The position numbers and the translations under genes were made by a program. DNA of 54,326 bases from Octopus bimaculoides (taxonomy: Eukaryota): the NCBI RefSeq assembly GCF_001194135.2, contig NC_069000.1, forward strand, positions 29,691,043 to 29,745,368, written 5' to 3'. Under the pieces are notes generated by a model. That model had not been told where the DNA came from. It did no database searches and saw only the letters and a program-made list of their open reading frames with translations. Shown here in pieces: positions 38,582-49,359 of this stretch; the first letter of the stretch is position 1; each line of letters opens with the position of its first letter.

Positions 38582-39775
38582 AATCTACGAGCATGGGGTC
38601 TTATGATGGAGCAGGCATATGCAATCTTATTGGACTATTTCTACTCAATATGTTGGGCAAGACTTTTCCTGACATACTTTACCATTTACAAAGATGATGC
38701 CCTAACTTTAACCACAAATACCAATGGACCAGCACAGGATCAGGTTAGGAAGGACATTATCCATTTCATGAAAATTTTTGGTCTTAGCATAACTACAGAT
38801 ACCAACCTGATGGTTGTCAATTTCCTAGATGTATCCTTAGATCTAAATAAGAATATTTATAAACCTTATAGAAAGCCCAACGATAGACTTAGTTATATTA
38901 ATGTGGGTTTCTGCTATCCCCCCATAGTGTTTAAAAATTTAGTTAAAAACATTAGCAAAAGAATTTCTAGCCTCTCCTCCGAAAGGGACATTTTTAATAG
39001 CGTTGCCCCAGTATATAATAAGACTCTAAAAGATAGTGGATTTAGCGAGGAAATAACCTATACACCTGCCACCAGTCCAATAATAAAGAAAAGGAAACGT
39101 AGGAATAGGAAAACTCTCTGGTTCACACACCCCTACTCACCCAAAGTGACTTTTAATATAGGCAAGTATTTCTTAGCACTGATAGATAGACATTTTCCAG
39201 TCAACCATAGTTACAGAAAGCTCTTCAATAGACATAACTTAAAAATCAGTTTCAGCTCAACTACTAATTTTTAAAATATAATCGCACACAACACACAGAA
39301 ACCACAATATGAAACCAGCTGTTCATGCAGGGATAAAAATTTTTGCCTGTTAAATGGAGCTTGCATGTCCAAGACCATCATTTATGAAGCCACCATGGAC
39401 TCTATATCCACTAAGGACACAGTTTCGATGTAGAAATACGTGGGCCTTACAGAGGGCAATTTCAAGGCCAGATTCAATAATCACACCTTGAGCTTCAGGC
39501 ACTGGGATAAAAGGAAAACGACCAAACTATCCAGTCATATATGGTCCTTAAAAGATAAAGGTGTCAGTTACAACATCCATTGGAAGATCTTAGCCAAGTG
39601 TAAGCCATACAATGGCAGTGGAAAGTGCAGCCTTTGTGATATGGAAAGATGGTTCATCTGGAAAAGCAGCTTAGACCTCGTCACATGTCTAAATTCAAGA
39701 ACTGAACTTTTCGGATCATGTCCACATGTGGCTAAATATTTGTTATGTTTTTGGTCCCTCCAAAATTACAGATAG
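38582..39775 (+). pseudogene. 5'-truncated Penelope-like retroelement: RT C-terminal half plus C-terminal GIY-YIG endonuclease
   Basis: MGSYDGAGICNLIGL from 38593, then a frameshift, then YKDD (38687-38698), VNFLDVSLDL, YKPYRKPND. Then CSCRDKNFCLLNGAC, IIYEA...KYVGLTEGNFKARFNNH, CSLC and LNSRTEL..SCPHVAKYLL. In-frame stops TAA 39272-39274 and TAG 39431-39433. Confidence 0.88.
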
Positions 39776-39846
39776 GACTTGCTTTCTATATTGTGTCCAC
39801 ATACAAGCTTTTTATCTCCATCTATACTTTTTACTTATATTTCTTA

Positions 39847-40210
39847 GCAAGGTTGTTGCCAGTGCTGCTGGACTGGCTCCTGTGCAGGTGGCATGTAAAA
39901 AACACCATTTGAGTGTGGCCATTGCCAGTACTGCCTGACTGGCCCTCGTGCCGGTGGCACATAAAAGCACCCACTACACTCACGGAGTGGTTGGCATTAG
40001 GAAGGGCATCCAGCTGTAGAAACTNNNNNNNNNNTAAAAGCACCCACTACACTCACGGAGTGGTTGGCATTAGGAAGGGCATCCAGCTGTAGAAACTCTG
40101 CCAGATCAGATTGGAGCCTGGTGCAGCCATCTGGTTCGCCAGTCCTCAATCAAATCATCCAACCCATGCTAGCATGGAAAGCAGACGTTAAATGATGATG
40201 ATGATGATGA
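39847..40210 (+). mobile_element. 3' end of an RTE-type LINE or derived SINE with an (ATG)n tail
   Basis: gtggttggcattaggaagggcatccagctgtagaaact...gcatggaaagcagacgttaaatgatgatg; the same family occurs at 44.3-45.1, 49.0, 49.8 and 53.7 kb. Confidence 0.75.
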
Positions 40211-40224
40211 TTGCTCATATATTT

Positions 40225-40870
40225 TTTGTATATTTTTTTTTCTGTATTCTACCTTCCACCTTGTATTTTTCCTGTGCGTATATAGACGTGTACATGGAAT
40301 TTTTTGTGTGCGCATGTGGATGTGTGCGTGTGTACAGGTATGTATATAGACGTGTGTGTGTGTGTATGCAAGTATGTGTGTATACAGACGTGTTTTACTC
40401 TTATTGCTTATTTTTTTACACTTTTTTAACACATTTTTATGTATTTTGCCTTTAGCCTTGTTTTTTCTTGTGCATGTGCATATATAGACATGTGTATAAA
40501 CCTTTTGTTTGTGCATGTGTGTGTGTGTGTGTGTGTATAGACGTGTGCGAGTATGTGCGTATAGAGACGTGTGTGGGTGTGCATGTAAGTATGTGCGTAT
40601 ATAGATGTGTTTTACTCTTATTGCTTATTTTTTCCACTTTTTTTCCACATTTTTCTGTATTTTGTCTTTAGCCGTTTTTTCTTGTACATGTGTGTATATA
40701 GACGTGTGTATGAACCTTTTTGTGCATGTGTGTGTATGTGCAAGCGTGTATATGGGTATGTATATATTTTTTGGTGAATGTGTGGGTGAGCATATGTGTG
40801 TGTTTCAAGTGAGGGTGGATGAGTATATACATATATGTGCATGTATGTGGGTGTGCGGGCACGCATGTGT
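40225..40870. repeat. Tandem repeat of ~220-bp units (about 2.5-3 copies) with embedded (TG)n
   Basis: gtgttttactcttattgcttattttt...gtattttg.ctttagcc.t.ttttcttgt.catgtg.tatatagac recurs near 40390 and 40605, with a partial copy near 40240. Confidence 0.8.
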
Positions 40871-41044
40871 ATGTATGGACATGCGCGCTTACGCGATTAC
40901 TATGAATATTTTTACTCCCTTACCTTTACCCTCTCCCCTTACTTAGCGGTCATTCTAATAGCTCTTTTGTCTTAATAACGGTCAATCACACAGTAATTTC
41001 CCTTTGTTTTAACAGTCATTTTCCTAGCATTTTTTCGATGGCCC

Positions 41045-41105
41045 GATAACTGAAGAGATGCCGGCGTGGGTTTCCACCCTGACATCCAAAACTCGGAGTT
41101 TTATC
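41045..41105 (+). ncRNA. Type I hammerhead ribozyme of the Penelope minimal type, probably inactivated (G12 to A)
   Basis: Stem I GATAA/TTATC; core CTGAAGA at 41050-41056; 13-bp stem II (gatgccggcgtgg/ccaccctgacatc, 2 mismatches and 1 wobble); C[A]AAA where CGAAA is expected; near-palindromic stem III ACTC-G-GAGT; GTT cleavage triplet. Confidence 0.7.
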
Positions 41106-42074
41106 ACGGCTACTGAATAATTGTCACATATTANNNNNNNNNNNNNNNNNNNNNNNNNNNNNNNNNNNNNNNNNNNNNNNNNNNNNNNNNNNNNNNNNNN
41201 NNNNNNNNNNNNNNNNNNNNNNNNNNNNNNNNNNNNNNNNNNNNNNNNNNNNNNNNNNNNNNNNNNNNNNNNNNNNNNNNNNNNNNNNNNNNNNNNNNNN
41301 NNNNNNNNNNNNNNNNNNNNNNNNNNNNNNNNNNNNNNNNNNNNNNNNNNNNNNNNNNNNNNNNNNNNNNNNNNNNNNNNNNNNNNNNNNNNNNNNNNNN
41401 NNNNNNNNNNNNNNNNNNNNNNNNNNNNNNNNNNNNNNNNNNNNNNNNNNNNNNNNNNNNNNNNNNNNNNNNNNNNNNNNNNNNNNNNNNNNNNNNNNNN
41501 NNNNNNNNNNNNNNNNNNNNNNNNNNNNNNNNNNNNNNNNNNNNNNNNNNNNNNNNNNNNNNNNNNNNNNNNNNNNNNNNNNNNNNNNNNNNNNNNNNNN
41601 NNNNNNNNNNNNNNNNNNNNNNNNNNNNNNNNNNNNNNNNNNNNNNNNNNNNNNNNNNNNNNNNNNNNNNNNNNNNNNNNNNNNNNNNNNNNNNNNNNNN
41701 NNNNNNNNNNNNNNNNNNNNNNNNNNNNNNNNNNNNNNNNNNNNNNNNNNNNNNNNNNNNNNNNNNNNNNNNNNNNNNNNNNNNNNNNNNNNNNNNNNNN
41801 NNNNNNNNNNNNNNNNNNNNNNNNNNNNNNNNNNNNNNNNNNNNNNNNNNNNNNNNNNNNNNNNNNNNNNNNNNNNNNNNNNNNNNNNNNNNNNNNNNNN
41901 NNNNNNNNNNNNNNNNNNNNNNNNNNNNNNNNNNNNNNNNNNNNNNNNNNNNNNNNNNNNNNNNNNNNNNNNNNNNNNNNNNNNNNNNNNNNNNNNNNNN
42001 NNNNNNNNNNNNNNNNNNNNNNNNNNNNNNATATATATATATATATAAACAATATATGAGTATATGCATATATA

Positions 42075-42250
42075 TGTACATGTATGTACATACCTTCATC
42101 TACATGTACATATAGATACATATCTGGGTACATGACGTTGCAAAAAAACATGGACAAAATGATAAACAAGGTACAAAAAACAAGCAGGCCACATAGAGAA
42201 CATATCCTTCATCAGCTGCCACCATTAAAACACTGGCGTTTCGAAGAGTT
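42075..42250. mobile_element. Second copy of the 2600-2766 dispersed repeat
   Basis: Shared blocks as listed for the 2.6-2.8 kb copy. Confidence 0.55.
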
Positions 42251-42251
42251 A

Positions 42252-42288
<37 letters not shown>

Positions 42289-42346
42289 GGGAGAATATAC
42301 AAATAATAACAACAGACGATGACAGGTGGTGTAAATAACAAAAGTA

Positions 42347-42390
<44 letters not shown>

Positions 42391-43002
42391 GAGGAACACA
42401 CTTACATGTAACCAGCGCTCATAAAGTTGCATGCATATAAGTATACGGTAGGAGGAGTGTCACCAAACTATATTCATACACACAGGCAAGGTGGAGGACA
42501 TAATTAAATACCAGGGAAAACAAGTCATGTATATTTAAATAGAAATGGTGGTGGTGGTAAAGGAGAGAGGTTGGGAGTAAAGGGTTTACAAAAATGGACT
42601 CTATCTTTAGAATCTATTATACTAACTTCTTTATTACACAAACTTAATAAGAGAATTTGTAATTTTAATTATTATTAATACTTTTAGGAGTATATATTAA
42701 CAAATTTAGTAATTGTATATGTGTGTGTGTGTGTGTGTGTGTAAAATATTATATTGTTGCTATTATGCAAAAGTGTCATAAGTCCAAAACGTTGCTTTTC
42801 AGAAAACAAAAAAAAAAAATAGTTTCACCATTCCATAGCAAAACCATTGTACTACACTTTGACAATTTTTGATATCTTGGTATCTGAAGCACATGAGGTA
42901 CAACAGTTTGACCAAAAGAACCAGCTATTGCAAGCGAAAATAGATATTGAAAAAAATTCATTTGGCCAAATTTGAACATACAACAGTTTAACATAATAGC
43001 AA

Positions 43003-43921
43003 CTAGCAGAGGCACCCGGCGTTGCTCGGGAATGAAATTGTTGCTTATATACTGGATGAAAAAAAGCAAAATATGCTGTATAGAAATTTGAGGACATTCT
43101 GTAGATGGACTCTCAGATGAATGATGACTGGGCGCCTCTCATGAATGGGAAAATTGAAGATGCGCCAAAAAGCCTCATTGGTACTTGGAAACTTTTACGA
43201 AAATTAAAATGGGGATTAAATGAAAAAAAAGATTTATGTGAATATCCTCACAACAGTAATTGAAATAAATGGTGATTGTGGAACCCCCCATGCACGCNNN
43301 NNNNNNNNNNNNNNNNNNNNNNNNNNNNNNNNNNNNNNNNNNNNNNNNNNNNNNNNNNNNNNNNNNNNNNNNNNNNNNNNNNNNNNNNNNNNNNNNNNNN
43401 NNNNNNNNNNNNNNNNNNNNNNNNNNNNNNNNNNNNNNNNNNNNNNNNNNNNNNNNNNNNNNNNNNNNNNNNNNNNNNNNNNNNNNNNNNNNNNNNNNNN
43501 NNNNNNNNNNNNNNNNNNNNNNNNNNNNNNNNNNNNNNNNNNNNNNNNNNNNNNNNNNNNNNNNNNNNNNNNNNNNNNNNNNNNNNNNNNNNNNNNNNNN
43601 NNNNNNNNNNNNNNNNNNNNNNNNNNNNNNNNNNNNNNNNNNNNNNNNNNNNNNNNNNNNNNNNNNNNNNNNNNNNNNNNNNNNNAGTAAATACTACATG
43701 CATGCTACGTCAATACCGGAAGTTGACATTGAGGAACCTTTTTAAAGAAGTGAATCATAAATATAAAGCAATATTATTTATTTTTAATAAAAAAAATCAA
43801 ATGAAGAGCCTAACATTTATCCGAGGTCAAATTATTCATGCATCACAAGTATGGAAGCATTTGGTGAAGTCGATTTCACGTGAAAAGCAAATACACAGAC
43901 ATCTCTGTTTTATATATTAGA
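43003..43921 (-). mobile_element. Non-autonomous Helitron-like element (contains an N-gap)
   Basis: The minus strand begins A|TC (43921-43920) and ends cccgagcaacgccggg (hairpin)-tgcctctg-CTAG|T (43006-43003). This fits an A/T insertion site with no TSD. Confidence 0.65.
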
Positions 43922-44346
43922 TGATATATTGTTCAAACATGGTGAGAAGGAACTTGAAGGAAGTAAACATCAAACATACTTACACAAGGTATATGTTTTG
44001 ATAGATTGTGGGTAGGCTGTACTTATATGTGTAAGAGAATATATTCTCATCAATTTGCCTGGTGTTAAAACACCTGGAAGTCATAGACAAGTGGAATAAC
44101 TTGCATCTAGTCCCATTCAGGAGCAATAAACATCGATGTTTCATCATTTTTGTGACTTGTCAACACTGGGTACTTGATGTAAGCTAAATCACTGTCCATG
44201 ACTATATGTAAAATGGTGTAAGAACCATCTGCTGGTATGTTCCATTACGGAGCAGTAATAAGAAATTGAGATGACAAAGGAATGAACTATTATCTTATCA
44301 GCTTCATAAGATGATCGTTTATTCCATTGTTACCTCAATTTCTTAT

Positions 44347-45075
44347 ATATCATCATTATCATTTAACATCTGTCTTCCATGCTGGCATAGTTGACAGGAG
44401 CAGGTCAGCTAAAGAACTGATTGGGCCCCATGTCTGTTTTGGCATGGTTTCTATGGCTGGATGCCCTTCCTAACACCAACCACAGTACAGAGTGTACTGG
44501 GTGCTTTTACACAGCACCAGTATGTGTGCTTTTTACATGGCACCAGCACCATGAACCCACAAGATTAGGAATGCTCAGGAGGAGAGGGATGCAGGGAACA
44601 TGCCTGTATGCAAGGACAACCTTGATTTTACTTAGACTGATGTGTCTTCTCAAGCACAGCAAAATACCAGGAGTCATGGTCCCCCTGTCATCTTTGTGAG
44701 ATCCAACATCTGAAGATCCTTTCTTACCACTTCATCCCACACCTTCTTGGGTCTACATTCCCTCCACAATTAGAGATTGGTACATGCGTGTGTGTGTGTA
44801 TTGTTGTACATATATATGTATATACATATATATAATCATCATCATCATTTAACGTCTGTTTTCCATGCTGGCATGGGTTGGACGGTTTGACTGGGGACTG
44901 GCAAGCCAGGAAGCTGCACCAGGCTCCAATCTGATCTGGCAATGTTTCTACAGCTGGATGCCCTTCCTAACGCCAACCACTCCGAGAGTCTGACATCGAC
45001 CATGTTCGGATGGTGCATTTTATGTGCCACCGGCATGAGGAGCCAGTCAGGCAGCACTGGCAATGACCCACACAT
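44347..45075 (-). mobile_element. Two adjacent RTE-LINE 3' fragments (about 44347-44790 and 44835-45075)
   Basis: Each has a (CAT)n-like tail and the ctggatgcccttcctaac.ccaaccac core; the minus strand near 44725-44765 encodes RGECRPKKVWDEVVRK, similar to the RTE RGRPRKTW motif. Confidence 0.75.
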
Positions 45076-45128
45076 GAATAGTATTTATTGCATGCCACAA
45101 TTATATATAAATATATATACACACACAC

Positions 45129-45188
<60 letters not shown>

Positions 45189-45685
45189 ATATATATATGC
45201 ATATATGTATGCATTTGTTTCTTTGTGCATGTATGTGTGTGAGAGAGAAAGAGAGAGAGAGAGAGAGAAAAAAGATAACAATAAAACCTAACATGTTAAA
45301 CAAATAAAGAATCCAAAATATTTCAGTTATCATGCTGGAAAATACTTGGCTTTGAGACTTTTATTTAAGACACTCTCTCTCTCTCTTCACACACACACAC
45401 ACACATATTTATATATATGACACACATGCCATAATCATTTAATACAGCCAAGAGTATGAAGTACTAACAAAAGCACTTGAATTTCTCTCTTTAAAGCTTT
45501 TGGAAGTACATTTAAAAACTTTAGTCATTGTAACTCAGATGCTTAGTCAGTATTTCTATAGTTACAGCTTTAATAAATAAACAGCTACATTATAAACAAG
45601 TACCCCTTCAATATTGTAGTTTGTGGAGTTTTTTCTTTTTTGTCCTTATAAGCAAACACCTAAAAATAAATGTTACATATACATA

Positions 45686-46226
45686 GATGCAGATGTGGCT
45701 GTGTGGTAAGAAGTTTGTTTCACAACCATATGGTTTCTGGTTCAGTCCCACTGCATGGTACCTTGAGCAAGTGTCTTCTACAATAGCGTTGGGCTGACCA
45801 AAGCTTTGTAGGAGTGGCTGTGTGGTAAGTAGCTTGCTTACCAACCACATGGTTCCGGGTTCAGTCCCATTGTGTGGCACCTTAGACAAGTGTCTTCTAC
45901 TATAGCCTCGGGCCGACCAAAGCCTTGTGAGTGGATTTGGTAGACAGAAACTGAAAAAAGCCTGTCATATACATATATAAATATATAAATATATATATAT
46001 ACATCTGTTTGGGTGTGTGTCTTTATGTCAGTGTTTGTCCTCCACCACTGCTTGATAACTGGTGTTGGTGTGTTTACATCCTAGTAATATAGTGCTTCAG
46101 CAAAAGAAACCGTTAGAATAAGTACCAGGCTTTACAAAATATAATAAGTACTGGGGTCAGTAAATTCTTCAAGATGGTGCTCTAGCATGGGCACAGCCTA
46201 ATGACTGAAACGATTAAAAGATAAGA
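45686..46226 (+). mobile_element. SINE family A with a tandemly duplicated head (about 45686-45808, then about 45810-46226)
   Basis: gtggctgtgtggtaag...ggttcagtccca...caagtgtcttctac.atagc...gaccaaagc occurs twice in tandem before a single 3' body. Confidence 0.85.
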
Positions 46227-48047
46227 TATGATACTAGCTGAAAAACCGCCCTAGGATGTTTTTTTTTTCTTGCCATTATAAGAATATACACATACAGCAG
46301 GATCTCTATATATGAATGTAACTGTTTCAGAGCTCTGTTCATTGACCAAATTGCTTGTTACATGAGTAATTGAAATACATATAAATAGAGGTAGACCTTT
46401 TCAAGCCAAATTCAAACTCCACATAAAGGCATGATATGATATTTTATCTGTTCATTCATCAATAGCAAATACATAAATGTATATGCACAGGTATGCATGC
46501 TTACATACATACATACATACATATAATACTATAATGGAGAATGCTGCTTATCAATTAGGTATGTAACGATTACTAAAAGTACTAAAAGAAAGCAATTATT
46601 AAAGGGTTGACCATCTGGAAATATTCTAAGAAATTTCCTATAATTTTGAATTCTCAAGTTTATTGAATTTTTTTAACTCCAGTTTCTCGCAAATTTAAAT
46701 ATTCATTGCATTCACTGCAGAGTATTCCATTTTCATTTGCAAAGTCTCTCACTTTGTCCTTTAAGTTTTAATTTGCTATTTGGAAAACCAACAGTTTATT
46801 TTATCAATGTATATATAATGTAAAAACATTATTTATTGAATGAAAATTTTTTTAAATACCCATATAATTTTTGAATGCAGGATAGCTATAAGAAGAGCCT
46901 AGAAAGTTGGGTAATTATTATTAGAAGATGAGGTGAAAAAAAAGTTACCAACAAGTATTCATAACTTGCACCTGATAGTTTCCAGGGTCTCTGTATTTAC
47001 ATAGTGCTGTGAAACTAACCGTTTTTGTGTTTTCCTAATGGCTTACAAACTTCTTCCATGCTGCAATTGTTTTTGTTTCAGCACATGATCTCAGACCAAG
47101 TCACTTGCTAGGCAAGTACATCTCCTATATTTTTAAAATCACTGTGGATAAATGCCAGCAATGACCTACTCGGGTTCTCCAATATTTTAATTTCTAAACA
47201 GAAACAATAGGGGACAGGGAGTAGGGTTGCAAAGAATTCATAATTTCTCAAATTTTCCTTTTTTATAGCATATAAATGTATTTATGGGGAAAAAATATTG
47301 AAAAACATCAATACATGCGAGAATGATAAAGAATGATAAAGAAACGAGGAGGGTTGTCTTTGGATGTGCTAGAAACAACAGCCAAATCGCCCTCACTTTT
47401 CCCTCTGAAAATATTATCAACTTTTTTAATATTTTTTACTGAAAATGCTCTTCTCATGGTTTTGAAGTGCAAAAAATTGGCCAAAACAGGTCCAGAGTGG
47501 GATGATGACGGAGGTGGGGGTGAAAAAAAAAGTTTTCAAAATTTTTTCATACNNNNNNNNNNNNNNNNNNNNNNNNNNNNNNNNNNNNNNNNNNNNNNNN
47601 NNNNNNNNNNNNNNNNNNNNNNNNNNNNNNNNNNNNNNNNNNNNNNNNNNNNNNNNNNNNNNNNNNNNNNNNNNNNNNNNNNNNNNNNNNNNNNNNNNNN
47701 NNNNNNNNNNNNNNNNNNNNNNNNNNNNNNNNNNNNNNNNNNNNNNNNNNNNNNNNNNNNNNNNNNNNNNNNNNTAAAACTCCTCTCTCTACCCCCTCAG
47801 AAAAATTATTTCCCATAAATCCCTATATACTCTGAAGCCACAACATCTAAGCAGTATTTGTAGAAAATTTTGTTAAAAAGTATCCATTTTTCTGGATGTT
47901 ATGAGGCAACAAAGTTGGGAGCATATATATCTGTAGTAATGCCCTTTTATTTATGCAATTTTTTCATTTCATGTTTATTTCATTCATTGTTTGCAATGTT
48001 CTCTCTCCTGCTCTATCTTTCTCACACACACACTGCAAAGCTTACAG

Positions 48048-48197
48048 ATGGGCTGCTGAACTGAAATCCCTATGTTGCTTTGAGGGGAAGGTAAAACTTG
48101 AAAAACTGCTTCTTCCTCTGTTGTTGGACTACCATGATGTTTGTTTAAAAAAGAGAGATTATGACTGTGATAAAATAATGAAAGCAATATTTACTAA
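48048..48197 (+). CDS. Candidate internal coding exon of an unidentified plus-strand gene
   Basis: A pyrimidine-rich tract precedes gcttacAG|; 150 nt, phase 2-2, open throughout: (R)WAAELKSLCCFEGKVKLEKLLLPLLLDYHDVCLKKRDYDCDKIMKAIFT(K/N); donor |GTAAGT, with the frame closing right inside the intron. Family not recognised. Confidence 0.45.
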
Positions 48198-48299
48198 GTA
48201 AGTGAGCATTATTATACAAAGAAATAATTAGATGTAAAATATAAAAATTTTTAGAATTGGGAATCAAATGTGAAAATATTATCAAGGGGCTAGTAGCAA

Positions 48300-48327
48300 A
48301 CCGCCCAGAGGGCGGTATTTCTGCTAG
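48300..48327 (+). mobile_element. Helitron-like 3' terminus (short inverted counterpart at 46231-46252)
   Basis: Perfect hairpin ACCGCCC-aga-GGGCGGT, then 7 nt, then CTAG|T. 46231-46252 atactagctgaaaaaccgccct matches its reverse complement at 20 of 22 positions. Confidence 0.6.
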
Positions 48328-48333
48328 TATTGG

Positions 48334-48812
48334 AATGGAGAAAAATGAATGAATGAATAATTTATTTGTATGATATAAAGATGTTGAAATTTTTAAAAAA
48401 CATAACAATAGAAATAAATTATAAGTTGTAAAATTCAAAAAGAAAATGGGAGATGAAAAACCTACATATATGTTTTAGTTCTAACCGCTAGTTGATATGC
48501 AATTCTAAGCATTTGGTTATATGCTAAGAAAGGTATCATTTTTAACTATATGGGGCAGAAGAAAAATGTTAACGTTAGTTGTATAAGCTCATAATAACCC
48601 TGAAGAAGTTCTGCCCCATTTAGTTAAAAATGATACATTTCTTAGCATAGCAACAAGAAACTACAACTGAAACACATGTAAGTTTTTTCACATCTCCCAT
48701 TTTCTTTATGAGCTTTACAACTTATTATTTATTTGTATTGTTATGCTTTTAAAAAGTTTCAACATCTTTATGTCATACAAATAAATTATACATACATCTA
48801 TTTTTCTCCATT
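48334..48812. mobile_element. Fold-back, MITE-like element with ~205-225-bp inverted arms and a 48-bp spacer
   Basis: 48334-48560 is reverse-complementary to 48609-48812 (e.g. tatgctaagaaaggtatcatttttaactatatggggcagaa vs ttctgccccatttagttaaaaatgatacatttcttagcata), with one ~25-bp indel. Confidence 0.85.
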
Positions 48813-49118
48813 TTCTTTCTTTCAATAATGATAATATGTATTACTACAATAATCCTTAACATATCGCAGAGACTTTTGCATTATATGATAGTGATGAACC
48901 AGTGGAATCTTTTGATTTATATAATCTCTAATGAGTGGATCTAACTTCCTCAAATTGACTATATATATATATCATCATCATCGTTTAACGTCCGCTTTCC
49001 ATGCTAGCATGGGTTGGACGATATGACTGAGGACTGGTGAAACCGGATGGCAACACCAGGCTCCAATCTAATTTGGCAGAGTTTCTACAGCTGGATGCCC
49101 TTCCTAACGCCATATATA

Positions 49119-49237
49119 CTTTATTTAAAAGCAGCAGAAATATAACAAATGCTGTTACTCAGAGTTTCACGTTCCGAACGAGAACATGAAACTCTGAGTA
49201 ACAGCTTTTGTTATATTTCTGCTGCTTTTAAATAAAG
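49119..49237. repeat. Near-perfect palindrome (56-bp arms, 2 mismatches, 7-nt loop) containing the 3' half of a PLE-type hammerhead
   Basis: Arms 49119-49174 and 49182-49237. The right arm has GAAA-CTC-T-GAG-TA at 49188-49200, the same stem III design as 41045-41105. It directly follows a truncated RTE tail (48973-49112). Confidence 0.85.
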
Positions 49238-49310
49238 CATATTACTCTACCTCTCATATTCGAGTACTCTTTTTTCCACCTTGTTTCACATTTATGTGCT
49301 TACTCCGGTA

Positions 49311-49358
<48 letters not shown>

Positions 49359-49359
49359 C

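Noticed and set aside
39962-40096. Exact ~62-bp tandem duplication around a 10-N gap (also a short one at about 1489-1529)
   Set aside because: Typical unmerged contig overlap, an assembly artefact.
38582-41133. Selenoprotein-encoding or Naiad-type PLE
   Set aside because: The endonuclease is C-terminal (Naiads have it N-terminal), the in-frame stops are TAA and TAG rather than TGA, and I saw no SECIS-like structure.
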